Shown: in pieces, positions 49,127 to 63,546 of the stretch
Layout of the letters: each line of letters begins with the position of its first letter
How positions within the stretch are numbered: the first letter of the stretch is position 1
Translations under genes and position numbers: made by a program
NCBI GenBank assembly: GCA_039096225.1
Contig: JBBPEB010000029.1
Span: 496,001 to 560,000 of the forward strand
Reading direction: 5' to 3'
DNA from: Blastocystis sp. Blastoise
Taxonomy: Eukaryota; Protista; Bigyra: Opalinata
Length of the DNA stretch: 64,000 nt
Notes under the pieces: model-generated
Told to the model about the DNA's origin: nothing
Databases searched by the model: none
The model's input: the letters and a program-made list of their open reading frames with translations, nothing else

Positions 49127-51851
49127 ATGCAGGACGGAAGTGTTGTAAAGAGATATGGTAATACTGAGTTTGATGCTTCTCAACAGGCCAAACAGTTTTT
49201 TACTGCAGAAGAAACCCATCAGTATCGTAAGAAGTATCGTGAAGTCGAACAACAAAAGTTTGATACCGAAAGAAATTTAAAGAATGGTGTTTTTAAGAAT
49301 TATCCCACCTTTATCAAGTTTTCTGAAGAAATGCATAAGATTGATAACACCCTAGAAGAATTACAAACATCTTTAGATCAATCTGAATCTTTTCTTGTTA
49401 GTCTTAAATCTATATCTTTAAATGTTACTGAAGAAAAAAGACAGAAGAAATATAGAGTAGGCATTGTTCCTGATGAACTTCTTTGGTTAAAGGATGTTAA
49501 TGATGATTTGGAAATTTATTTATATCAAGTATATTATTTATTATTTATATATTATTTATTATTTATTCTTTATTATGTTATTCTTTATTCTTTATTATTT
49601 TATTATTTATTATTATTATTATTATTAATAAACTATTTATTATTTATTATAATTTATTTACAAAAATAAATTATTATTTTTATATATTTATACTATATAT
49701 ATAGCGTCGTTACGTAGAAGCTGTAGAATTAGCTCTTAAGGCGAAATCAGCATATTCCAGCATTTCTCACCCTGAAGGAGAAATGGAAGAACTCATTCAA
49801 ACTGTATATATATATATATATATATATAAATGAATATATATAAATATATATAAACATATATAAATATAAATATTAAAATATAAATATTAAAATATAAATA
49901 TAAAAATATATATTCTAGGTATCTTTAAAAATAAATGAGTTAATATCCGTTTTAATTGGTGATTTAAAGAGCCCTATTTTATCACGTGCTGATCGTCGTC
50001 GATTGGTCCGTTTATTAGTGTCTCTCGATGAACGAGAAGTAGCACAACAATTATTCCTAGATAGAACAAGTGATGAAATACAAGTATATATATATATATA
50101 TATATTATTCCTTCCCTTTATATTATATATCCCCTATCTTTAGAGTCAAAGTCGTCAAGTCAATGCCAGCGGTGATATTATTTTCCTTATTAAACAACTC
50201 TCTGATATATTCTTTGAAATCTTACATGTATATATATATATAATAGTATTATATTTATTGTTATTATAGCTTATTACATACTTATTATAGTTCATTATAT
50301 AAACATATACTTATATATATATATATATAGGATTCTGGCTTATCTTGGCAAGAATTATTCAGCTCTACTCAGCCTAGTGATGATTCTATCTTTGTTGTTT
50401 GGATGCTCAAAGAAATTGATTCCTTTGTCGCTACTATTCTTCTTTATGTATATATATATATATATATAGATTTATTTTCTTACTATAAATATATTATTTT
50501 TATAATCTATATATTGTGATGTTTGTTTATTTATTAATATAATTATATAGGCTTTAGGAAAGAACACAGAAACACAAAAAGTAACTTATGAAGATTTCCA
50601 CATGTTGTGTTCATTTATTTCTCCTATTCTTACTAAATCTATTCAAATGGATGAAATAGGATATAGTATATTCCCTTATCTCCTTAAGAAAGTGGGTCAT
50701 TATATATCATCATATACATCTATTTATGTTCAATCAATTACTGTATATATATATGCTCATATTCATATTTATATATTTATTTATTTATATAATAATATTA
50801 ATATATATATATATAGGATGCTATTTTATCAGAGCCAGTTAAGACATTAAACCGCGGGAATTGCGTATATAAGACAGCTACTTATACTGAACAAAAACCT
50901 GTTTCTAATTTTGCTACCGTTATTTATGAATCTGTATATATATATATATTTTATTATTATTATTATTATTGATTTATGATTGGTATTCATAAAAATGAAT
51001 ACTATATATTATAATATATACTCTATCTATTTTCTTTGTATTCTATTTTTATGCTTATATTTTATATTCATTATGAATAATATATACTCTTTAATTCTTA
51101 TAATCTCTCTCTCTATATATATAATTCCTTATATCAATATATATATATATATAGATGTATCCTATAACAAAGGATCTTATTAATATCTTGACTGCTGATA
51201 CGCTTATCTATATATGTCCTTATATGAATGCTATGGCTACTCAAGTATGCTCCTATATCACCAAAATATACCAAGAAAAGAGAGACGAAAATACAAAAGG
51301 AAACGTATATATATATTATTATTATTATTATTATAATTATATATTATTGATAATTATTTGTTCGTAATAATAATTATTATATATATATATGTTTGTTTTT
51401 TATATAGATTTTATAAATATATATTAACTATATATATAGTATCTTCCCTTATTATCTGATTTATTGTTCCTTTCTGAAGAGGGCCTCCCTCAATTTATAA
51501 ACGTATTTAACGGCAAATTCGAGAATTATCAGCCAGATTTCGATAATGCTTTTAAAGAAGTATATATTATTATTCATATTATTATTTTAATGTTATATAA
51601 TATTACATATTATTATCCTCTATATATATATTCATGTTTATTTGTATTATATCAATATATATATATGTATATATAGTGTATAGAGAATATGAAAGAACTA
51701 ATAGAATCTATATATAAAGAGATTATTGAGTATTTAGTTGATGAATATTGGGAATTAGATATTACTAAATATCTTACCATCCAAACAACGCCTTCTGCTC
51801 CTTCCAAAGAAATTATGAACTTTGTTATTAATATACAACAATTCTTTGCTA

Positions 51852-51893
<42 letters not shown>

Positions 51894-52045
51894 TATTCTT
51901 ATAATAATAATATATATATATATATATAGTTAGAGAAAGGTATTAGTGCTTTGAAAATACCTCGTCTGAAGTCTTCTGTCTATGAAGTATATATATATAT
52001 AATATATATATATATATATTATAATAATAATAATAATAATATATA

Positions 52046-52084
<39 letters not shown>

Positions 52085-52598
52085 TATATATATATATATA
52101 TATATAGACAATATTTACATTATTTGATACCAGTGACGAATGGAAGGAATATGATTCTCGTGAAGTATATATATATACATATATTATTACATATATATAT
52201 ATAATTACATATATAATATTACATTCCTTTGTGAATAGTAATAATAATAATATATATAGTTGTCTGTTAGTGGTTATTATGCTTTGTGTCTGGATATTGC
52301 CCTCCTTCTTCAAGGCGGGCAATTTAGTAATGGCAATACTCATGCTTATGTATATATATATATATATATTGTTATTATTAACTATATTAATTTATATATA
52401 TAACTATATGATATCATTTCTCTATATATTATTATTATACTATTCTATATACTTTATATATAGAGTATTATTCATAAAGGTGAAAATTATTCAAATAGTG
52501 ATGCTCCTAAAGATAAATGGATTAAAAAGATTCTTAAAGAAGCTTCTATTTCATGTAATATTAATTTAATTGAAATAAAACCATCAGCACAAGTCTAA
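49127..52598 (+). CDS. EXOC8: Exocyst subunit Exo84-like, 13 introns
   Basis: Vps51/Exo84-type N-terminus FDASQ...LKNGVFKNYPTFIKFSEEM, then VPDELLWLKDVNDDLEIYLYQRRYVEAVEL and AQQLFLDRTS. Confidence 0.7.
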
Positions 52599-52882
52599 AA
52601 TACTATATATATAAACATTCTAAATAATCCATATTAATAATATTATCTTTAACAATTATAGTTTTTTATAACATTCTTTTACTGTATTTTATTCTATATT
52701 TATTTATATTTGCTTCATATTACTTTATTTTTTTTCATTTTCTTTGTATGTGTGAATACAATTCATTTTTAAATATTATTCAAGAGTATACTTAGTAATT
52801 ATTCATTAAAATATCATTAACTAAACATTCAAAACATTTGATTTCTAATAAAAACATATACATACAAATAAAACATCTAAAA

Positions 52883-53252
52883 CTAATTCTTTTTAACTGA
52901 ACGCTTAAGAACATACAATAATCCACCTGAATAAGCAACAACATATTCAAATGTTGGATAAGTGATTGTAAATCGCTTTAATAAGGAAGATGTAGAAAAA
53001 TCAGATTCTATTATATAACCAATATCCTAGATAATGAGATCAGAAAAAGATTTTTTTTATTAAAAAATAATACATAAAGACTTTTGTATAATGTTTTTGC
53101 AAGTGGTAGATCTGCTATAGCATCAAAACATCCAGAGACTTTGATAATAGAATTCTTTTCTGGGCTGTAAATAAGTTCATCTTTAATATTATTAACTTCT
53201 TCCTATATAATGTATATGAATAGCAAACAAATGATCAATAACTGAATACCAT
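52883..53252 (-). CDS. LAMTOR4: Ragulator subunit LAMTOR4-like (about 90 aa, 3 coding exons; not in ORF track)
   Basis: M|EEVNNIKDELIYSPEKNSIIKVSGCF...LKRFTITYPTFEYVVAYSGGLLYVLKR parallels LAMTOR4 (..SSGDL..FKRLSVVF..LVTVSGQRVFVVKR). The first coding exon is only ATG. Confidence 0.65.
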
Positions 53253-53535
53253 TTTGCTTATATAAACTGTTATCCGCTGTTAATCTATATATAATGATTG
53301 TTGACATATTATAAAGTTGTATTTTACTTTATATAGGTTGTGAATAAGAAATTCTCAAATGTAACTGAAATATTATTCAGTGTCAAGTTGAAATCTGGAT
53401 TTGAAAAAAATGAAAAAACAACTTTCTTGAAACATAAAACCATGGGAATATAGGAGAATCTTTTGGAGTTCTTTTTTATTTTTCTTTATTTGTGTTTTCA
53501 TTTTTTTATGTATTTCGTTGTATAACTTTGTTAAC

Positions 53536-54991
53536 ATGGAGAATTACAAAAAGATTGTGGATATTAGTTCAGACAATTTCGTCTCAATGCTTCCTGAGAT
53601 AGCTAATAATATTATTCACTGTGATTTTATTGCATTTGATTTAGAATTCAGTGGCTCAGGAGTTAAGTCGTACCATAAATCTGTAGAAGCAGATACAGTA
53701 ATTATATATTTGCATTAATTTGGTTTAAAATCGGTATTTATAGTTTGAAACTCGTTATGGAAAAGCAAAAGCAAAGTATACATATATTTTTATGATATTG
53801 TGCTATTTATATTTCTTTTAGTATTGATATGTATTCTCCTCTTCAAGTATGATTGTTCTATTTATGAATTATATTTTTTGTATAAAACATTAGGTTGGAT
53901 TATGTTTCTTTAAATGGAGTAATAAACGTCAATCGTAATTATATATATTTACATAACTTTTTGATAACTATTCAATCTAACTTATATCATTATTTATAGC
54001 TATACAGTTCGTCCTTATAATTTTTATCTTCGACCTTATACTCATAAATATCTCCCATCTACTGTGACTTTTGGTGTATATATATGTTTTATTTATTTAT
54101 TCTATTCTTATTTTATTATTTTTTAATATCTATAATTATATATTGTTATATATATATAGTCATCAACAATAAGTTTCTTACAAGCCAATCATTTTGACTT
54201 TAATTATTGTTTCGCCAATGGAATCTATACATTACGATATACGGATGAAAAGTATATATTGAATAAAATTAGAGAACAGGAAGGAGGGTATCAGGAATAT
54301 ACAGATGATACTGAATATCAATTTGTTCAAACATATTTACAAACTGTATATAGTTGTGATTATTATTATATATTATTATTATTATTATTAATATTATTTT
54401 CTTTATTATTATTATTATGGTTTATTATTATTATTTGGTATATAATAATATATATTATTATATAAAGGTAGAAAAATGGATATTAAAAACTAAAGATGAT
54501 TATCAAAAGTTTGGACTTAAAAAGAGTATATAATAATTATATATATTATTCTTTATTATTATTATTAGTAATTGAAACAATTAATGAAGATAAAGAAGAT
54601 GGTATATATATATATAATAATAATAATAATCATATATACAAAAGCTTATATATATAATCATATATTTTTTAAATATAATTAATTTTATATATATTAAACA
54701 TATAAATACTAATAGTTATTTTTTTGCATATAATTAATTATATATATATTAAACATATATATATATATAGACGATTCTTTTCCTATTACACCTGCGACAC
54801 CCCATGAAGAGAAAGAAGGAATTGATTATATATATACTCCTCCTTGTTCTCTACATGCTAGACTTCTTATTAAACAAGAAGTTGAAAAGAAATGGAATAA
54901 GTTATTTGTCTCTGAACGAGAAGAAGATGTTGTTGTATATATATATATATAGTTATATTCTAATTATAATTATATATAACAAACTTATTAT

Positions 54992-55061
<70 letters not shown>

Positions 55062-56559
55062 GGAGTTCGTCCAAAGAATCAACGGTGGCGAATATATCGT
55101 CATCAAATATCACGTGATATTGCCTATATCCCTCCACGATCAGATCTAGCACGTGGTTTATCAGTCCCTCTGCACACAAATCTTCAACAAGGAACAGAAT
55201 TAGAAAAAGAACCCGGAATGCGACGTGTCATAGAATTAATAATAGCAAGTAAAAAACCATTAGTTGGATTTGAATGTTTATTAGATATAATGTTTCTTAT
55301 TGGAGATATATATGATTATTTAAGTGAAGATGTAGGTACATTTGTCGATTATATTCATCAACGAATACATACATTAGTAGATATGAAAGTATATATATCT
55401 AGGTGAAATTTGTAATTATAGTAATAAAATTTATTATACATAAATATATTTTATTCATATTTTATGTAGTCATCTATGCTATAGATATACTATTATATAG
55501 TTTATATTATATATATATATATGCTTACTATATATAATAATCTATATATATATAGGTAATATTAAAAGATCCAGAAATACAAAATATTTTCACTTTATTT
55601 CCTTCTCTAAGTTCTTGCTATTCTGTAGTATATATATATATATTCTTTTTTAAATGAATTTATAATTAGTATTTCAATTATTTTGTTGATTTTTGAAATA
55701 ATAATAATTATATATATATATAGGTTAATTCTTCATTAGATTTTCAGTGTCCATCTATTAATATGTATAGTGATGATAATACAGTCAAACCTCATGATGC
55801 ATGTATATATATATATATATATATATATAATAGTGGATTATTAAGTAGTTTTATATATGTAATAATACTTAAATAATAGATATCAATAATATAAATAGGA
55901 TAGATATGAATAATGAAAAATTGTTATATATAAGATATAAATACATATATTAATAATATATATAGCAAATGATGCCTATATGACTGGATATTTCTTTATT
56001 AAAATGGCTTATTACTATGGATTATCATTTCAAGGTATATATACATATAAATCTATATATATATATACATATAAATCTATATATATATATATATATAAAT
56101 CTATATATATAGACATTCGAGCATTGTCTTTACCCTTGATTCCATCCGAATCTTCTGAAATAGTATCTCTTATCTCCCCCATAACCCCCTCAAATTATAA
56201 CGGTCGTGATCCTACTCCTTTTTTATCATCTTTTAATAAAATTAATTTACATAAATATCCTTATTCACTTCCTCTTCTTCCCGAACAATTTTCTAGTCTA
56301 TCTACTTCTATATATCGAATGAATGTTCTTCTTATTTCAAATGTACCCTCTGTATATATATAATTAGAATTATTATATATTTTTTATGTTTTCTTTTAAA
56401 TACATAAATATCAATATATTTATATATAATAATAAGAATTATAAAGAAAATAATTATGTACATCTTTTTAATTCTATACATATATATTAATTATATAGTC
56501 ATTTAAACGTGACGCATTAAGACAGTTATTTGATATTCCAGAAATGAAATCCTATCAAC

Positions 56560-56647
<88 letters not shown>

Positions 56648-56953
56648 ACAATAATATATTCATTAGTCTTCATTATTAATATATATATATATATATCTTG
56701 TCTATAGGTTATTTATGAATGGTTAGATGAGAATCATGTATTGGCTACTTATGATTCTTTTGATGATGCTAAACATGTTATGGAAATTTGGAAACAAAAA
56801 CGAATTAAAAATCATTCATGTACAAACTTATCTCCACATGATTTCTCGATTGGAAACTTAGCTATCGATTTTTATTATGCTTATGAACAGCTCTGTGGAG
56901 TTCCAAAAGAAACGATCGATCATCACAAAATAATTTACGATGCTTGTTTATAA
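53536..56953 (+). CDS. PARN: PARN/CAF1-family DEDD poly(A)-specific ribonuclease
   Basis: FIAFDLEFSG, QVGLCFF, YNFYL, FLQANHFDFN, KPLVGFECLLDI and HDASNDAYMTG; all catalytic positions are present. RRM-like C-terminus. Confidence 0.8.
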
Positions 56954-57419
56954 AAATATATAATTTCACTTGATCCTTTTTATTAATGTAACTCGATTAT
57001 ATGCAAAGCACTTTTTCTATATTGTATCTTCAATTTCATTGCCTATAATTAGTGTCCATTCGTGATTAGCTTTGTTTTGTATTATAAACTATGATAAGAA
57101 ACTTCTCTTGTTACTGAATATATTATTACGTCGTCATAAATCTCGACTATTTCTTTCTTTATTTCAAAAACTAATAAAAAACGTTTTTCTTTAAAAAAAT
57201 GAGAAATAACCGTGAAATTAGGATGAGAATGAAAAATATACTAGCTTATGCTGTGTTTTTTTTTACGTGATTATTTGATTGGATACTATATTACTAGACT
57301 CTTTTATTCATGAAAACTCAGTTGATTATAAAAACGAAGCTTCGAGAATAAACTGTAAAAATTTTTTATTTTTGTCTACAAATTAACATCTTGAGTTTGT
57401 AAGTTTTAGTGGCTTCTCA

Positions 57420-59506
57420 ATGTCACAGAGCACCAACGAGAAAAACGATGGCTCCATTACAATACCTTTTGAATTAAATGGCCAAAAAATAGAAATTAAG
57501 ATTATCTATAAAATCGAATATAAAGACTCGTTGTGTTTGAAAGAAGAAGAATTAGGTAGTGGCTGTATTCTCAAGTATACAAGAGAGTATGCACGAGTCA
57601 AACCGCTTATCTTGTTTTGCTTCTCTCAGCGTTATCCATTCTTTGTAATGCGTGATCTAAAAGGAATGAATGAAACAAAAGGCAATAGTGGCTTTAAAGT
57701 ATATATCCATTCTATATTCACGTATATTCATTTATATTATGGTTATGAATTATAGGCAAAAAGTGAAAAGGTGCACAAAGAGATCGTAGATATATGTAAT
57801 AAATATGGTCCAACTGAAAAAGGGATAGAAAAAATAAAAGAACAAATTCGAGTTCATCATCCTAGTTTATATAAAGGTATCAAACAAAGTGCAGAATCAT
57901 TTTTTTTGAAAGTCAAGTATGATTAGAATTCTAATAAAATATAATATTAATTCTTATTACTTATATTTATTTCTGTATAGTGATAAAACTTTTAAGGAAG
58001 ATGAAGTTCGTGTCTGGATATTTTTATATGCATCTAACGTGACTATTGAATATTATGGTCGAGTATATATTTAGAAAAATAGTTTTATATTTATGTTTTT
58101 AATTGATATTTACTTTTCTATATGATTATTTATATAGCTCCTAGGAAAAAGTCAGTATTTCTCAAGTAATTATAAAAATCCAATTTGTAAAAATTACGTA
58201 TATATATACTATTTTTATTCTTATTCTTATTATATATTTCATTTATTTTTTTGTTTTACTAACTTACTATTATTACTTATATTTCATACTATTTATTAAA
58301 TAGCCAGAAATAGTACTTGAAAGAAATGAGAGAAAGACGTTAGATGCAAGAACTCGTGAAATGAATTGCCTCTTTCCTATTGTTACTATTATTAATGAAG
58401 AAGTATTATTCAATTTACCTTTTGATGAGGCTAATTATTATAAAAGTGTTCTGTATTTTTATATAGAAATCTACAGAAAAATTTATGCTGAGTGTGACAT
58501 AAGAAAGGATACTCCTTGTGGTTCTCTTCATTTCTGTTTCGATACTGAAAAGTATAAGTTTAATGAAACTCCTAGTTTTATAGACTGTCCACTAGTTCCT
58601 GAATCCTGTGAACAAACAAAACCAGTAATGGTAATAGAAGAATCTGATGAAGAGTTTCGTGGTGATGATAACAATAATAATGGATATAATTCTATTTATG
58701 ATCAAGGCGATGATACACAAGCAAGGAGTAATCTATATGAACAAAATTCTACTAATTCATATCATGATAATCAAAAAATACAAAGCCGAATTATTAAGGG
58801 ATCTACTCATGGTTTTAGTAGTCAACAAGATTATACTGATGCTAATAATTGTCAAAGTGAATCAACTAATAATTATTACACAAATGAAACTAGCCTTAGT
58901 GATGTTAATAGAAATAATAATGGAACTATTATTTCTCAACAAACAGAAGTGGATGATGATGACATACCTGTAGGGGGTAATGGCCAAAAAAAACGACCTA
59001 TTCCTGTAAATGATGGCGATAAAAGAACGAAATATGAAGGCTTTTATTCACCTAATTCTGAGAATCCATATAATTCATTTCAATATTTTTTAGTTGATTA
59101 TCCTATTAATGTAGTTATTCCTTGTGCTGTTGCTAATGTTACTGATCCTGTAACTAATGTAACTAATGTAACTAATTATACAACTGATAAAACTAATCCT
59201 ACAACTAATGTAACTAATTTTACAACTGATATAACTAGTCCTACAACTAGTGAAGATAATTTATTACATACTCAAACTTTTAATGGATCTAGTATTGCAC
59301 CTGATTTATCGAAAACTGCTGTTCCTTATATTTCTTTACCTCCTCAAGCTATAACTAGTTCGAATGGCCTTTCTCCTCTTTCTCCTCTTTCTCCTCTTTC
59401 TTCTCATTCTCCTCTTTCTTCTCATTCTCCTCTTTCTTCTCATTCTCCTCTTTCTTCTTTTTCTTCTAGTTTCAATTATTATATAAGTAATATTTCATTT
59501 TTTTAA
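57420..59506 (+). CDS. Hypothetical protein with Asn/Thr/Ser low-complexity tail, 5 exons
   Basis: GT-AG exon chain joins the 111-aa and 381-aa ORFs in frame. Contains TNVTN and SPLSSH repeats. Confidence 0.6.
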
Positions 59507-60666
59507 ATAATCCTTATGATAATACATATTTCTTTAATTAAAAAAAAAATAAATTGTAAAATAATTACTCTTCTGTATAACCGTAACAAGAAAAATCATC
59601 TTAATTGATGATATATAGTTTTTGTATAAACTGTCGAAATATATATATATCTGTAAATACTTTGTTGTATCCTTATTATTTCTTTTTCTGTATATACATA
59701 ATTATTATTTCTTATTCTTTATTGTATAGAATATATATAAATTAAAATCACAATTTAGTTTTTTTTTTTTTATAATTCTTCTTCTTCTTCTAACTATGTC
59801 AAAGTATTTATATCTTTGGTAAAGCTTATCTGTATTATTCTATTAATATAATATCGTATATTATGTTCTTTTTTTATATATTCAGTTATATTACAATAAT
59901 AACTTTCTTTTTATTTATTATATATATATAACTCTATCTTAATGCTAAATTGTTTTTAATGTATATATTATTTTCAATTCTATTTTTCCATTTCTTTAAA
60001 ACGTGATTTCTTTTAATAAATTTCTATATGAATGCATAACTATATAGCCATATATTCTTATATATATAATCATGAATATAGATATATATAATACAAATAT
60101 TTTCCATTCTTGTTTGGTTGTTGTACAAAATGATTAGGAAATCACTTAAAGAAAAGTAATAGAGTCAATTGATAGATGTACATCTACACATTGATAGTTT
60201 TAAACAATAACAATAGTTTCTATTTATCTTCAGAACGTGTTCCATTTTGACAATGAAACAACAAGACACTAATCTAGAAAGAAAAGTTAGCTATTATTAT
60301 GATATAGCAACATGTACTATATGTCTTATATAAAAATGAAAGTATTTACAAAACAAATATAGGAACTATACCATAATTAATACTGTTAACTCTTGTTTTA
60401 GTTTGATGTATATATATTATGATTTGTATCATTTAATTCGTAATTGGCAATAATTCTTCAAATATAGAAGTCATACTCTCCTTTAGAAACATAAAGAATG
60501 TCAGTTTTCTTATAATTGCTAAATGGAAGAATGATTAGCCAATAGTTATCTTTATTTATTGGTTCAACCAATATAATATGAGAAATGATTATATACAAAA
60601 AGAACAATACTCAAAGAATATTCGTTAATGAGATGGTGTTTCCCGTGAATATGAATAAAAACACGA

Positions 60667-62064
60667 TTGGCCAGACTATTTTGCGCAATTAATTTTCACG
60701 CTTCATTGGCGATAAAGTCAGACCAGAAAATGATCATTTTTTTCCACTGATAAATTCGAGAATTTCACGATTATTTCTATACTTTGAACCGAAACAGAAT
60801 TATTTCTAAAAAAGTTGGTACCAACTAAGAATTTTTCTTAGGATAAGGACAAAAGAATTGATTTATAAAAGAAAAAATGTTTTTTTGTATATATACATCT
60901 TATGTAGAGTATGGGAAAAGTCTAAAATTTAGAATAACATCAAAAATAAAAGACTTATTAAAAAAAAGAAATTTAAAAAACCATGAATATTCTTTAAAAA
61001 ACAGTGAATGTTTAAAACAAAATACTGGGAATGATATTTTTTTCATTATTTGTATATTTTTTATTTTGACTTATTGCTCACATATTTGATGTTATTATGA
61101 AATTATAAAAATATTTTTATGTGTTATTTTATAAGTTATGCTTATGTTTACAATTTGTTTCAATATAACAATAAATATAGTTTTTAAGATTTTATTTTTG
61201 TTGAGTATTATTCTATTTTGCGATATTTTTAGCATTAACAATGACGGATTCTGTTTTATATGATGCTATTAGACATTATTTCGAAAAATTAATATTTTTA
61301 TATTTTACACTTTTTTTTCTTTAATTGAATTGAGAGTATACAATTCGTGCATACTATATCATATCATGTGATAAATAATGTTTTTTAATAGATAGAATCC
61401 GATATTTCTGTCTATAATTTACCACATATAAAATGTGTGAAAATTGATCCTATAAAAAGATTTATTACATAAAAACACTTTGTATCTCGTTTATATGATT
61501 TATAGATTATTTATGTCTAGTTTTAGGTTGTTATTAGTGTTTCACATCAAATTTAGGTTTTCGTTTTTAATTAAAAATAACTTTTTAGTATTTATAAAGC
61601 ATCTTTTAATCCAGAAATATTTTTATAATTTCATAATAACATCAAATATGTGAGCAATAAGTCAAAATAAAAAATATACAAATAATGAAAAAAATATCAT
61701 TCCCAGTATTTTGTTTTAAACATTCACTGTTTTTTAAAGAATATTCATGGTTTTTTAAATTTCTTTTTTTTAATAAGTCTTTTATTTTTGATGTTATTCT
61801 AAATTTTAGACTTTTCCCATACTCTACATAAGATGTATATATACAAAAAAACATTTTTTCTTTTATAAATCAATTCTTTTGTCCTTATCCTAAGAAAAAT
61901 TCTTAGTTGGTACCAACTTTTTTAGAAATAATTCTGTTTCGGTTCAAAGTATAGAAATAATCGTGAAATTCTCGAATTTATCAGTGGAAAAAAATGATCA
62001 TTTTCTGGTCTGACTTTATCGCCAATGAAGCGTGAAAATTAATTGCGCAAAATAGTCTGGCCAA
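60667..62064. mobile_element. Non-autonomous foldback-type DNA transposon: 450-bp TIRs (60667-61116 and 61615-62064), 498-bp spacer, 8-bp TSD AAACACGA
   Basis: Arms are reverse complements and carry identical 70-aa ORFs. AAACACGA flanks both ends (60659-60666 and 62065-62072). No transposase ORF. Confidence 0.9.
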
Positions 62065-62377
62065 AAACACGAGGGATGATAAAGACAGGTTTGTGTCGGA
62101 TTTAGGCAACTTTTAGGACATGGAAAGTGATAACAAAAAGTATAATTATGAAGTAGTTTCTTCATGAAATTTGATGACTGTCAATGTACACAACAACTTT
62201 TTAATTCTAATCTTTGTAAAAAATAACAATACATTTGATATAATAATTTTAAATATATTTATATTTTTAATTAGTTATATATCAAAAGTTTATATTCTTT
62301 GTTTCAAAGGATATTAAGTGCAATTTGCATTATTTCATACATTTTTTTTTATAAATTAGCATTATATTTATTGAATC

Positions 62378-63153
62378 ATGTCGTTACAAGTTATTGAAGA
62401 GTCAGAGAAGGGAAGATTTCAGAAAGTATGATACATTAATTCATAGTAAATAATTATTTTTCTAGTTTAATGATGTTCTTGGTATGGGTGCTTATAAGAA
62501 GGTGTATGTAATTAGTCTATAAATATGATAATATAAAATACGTTATTATTTTAAACTTATGTATTTGTTTATATAGATATCGTGCTTGGGATAATAGAGA
62601 AGGCCATTACGTTGCTTGGAATGATATACCAATAAGTGGAGTACCTCCAAAAGAACAAAAACGTATAGTTTCCGAATTAGGTTTATTAAAACAAATTCAT
62701 AATGAACATATTATTGACTATTATGCATCTTGGTTTAATAAAGAAAAACAAAAAATTTGTTTAATTACACAATTAGTTACTTCAGGAACAATAAATGAGT
62801 ATATATAGCTTTATTTTTTAAAGATATAATATGTGTTATTAAATATTTTTTCTTTAATAAATATCTTATATTATATTATCATTATATTATATTATTAATA
62901 TTATTGATTATTATTATATTATATATTATATATATAGATATGCAAGCCGTCATATATTAACAATGGCTATTTTAAAGAATTGGGCAAAACAGATATTAAC
63001 AGGTTTAAATTATTTACATACAATGGACCCCCCTACTATTCATAGAGATATAAAATGTTCAAATATATTTTATGATAGTCAAGCTGGTATTATTAAAATA
63101 GGAGATTTAGGACTTTCAAGAAGATTAAATGATAGCGCACAATCTATTGCGGG

Positions 63154-63186
<33 letters not shown>

Positions 63187-63298
63187 TTTAAATTTTTTTC
63201 TGCTATTTTATATATATATATGGTTTTTATTATTATTGATTATTGATTGTTATATTATTGATTATTATATTGTTATATTATTGATTATAAGATAATAA

Positions 63299-63338
<40 letters not shown>

Positions 63339-63498
63339 TACTCCTGAGTTTATGGCTCCAGAGATATATAATGGTTCCCAATATGACCAAAAGGCAGATA
63401 TATATGCATTTGGAATGTGTTTATTAGAATTATATACACAAAAAATACCTTATGGAGAATGTAATACTATTGTAGAAATATGTAGAAAAGTCGTAGAA

Positions 63499-63546
<48 letters not shown>

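Noticed and set aside
60877-61854. Two identical 70-aa ORFs on opposite strands
   Set aside because: They are by-products of the TIR arms, with no transposase or other motif.
60400-62200. Possible gene interrupted by the transposon
   Set aside because: Rejoining the flanks gives only ORFs of about 45 codons or fewer in either direction.
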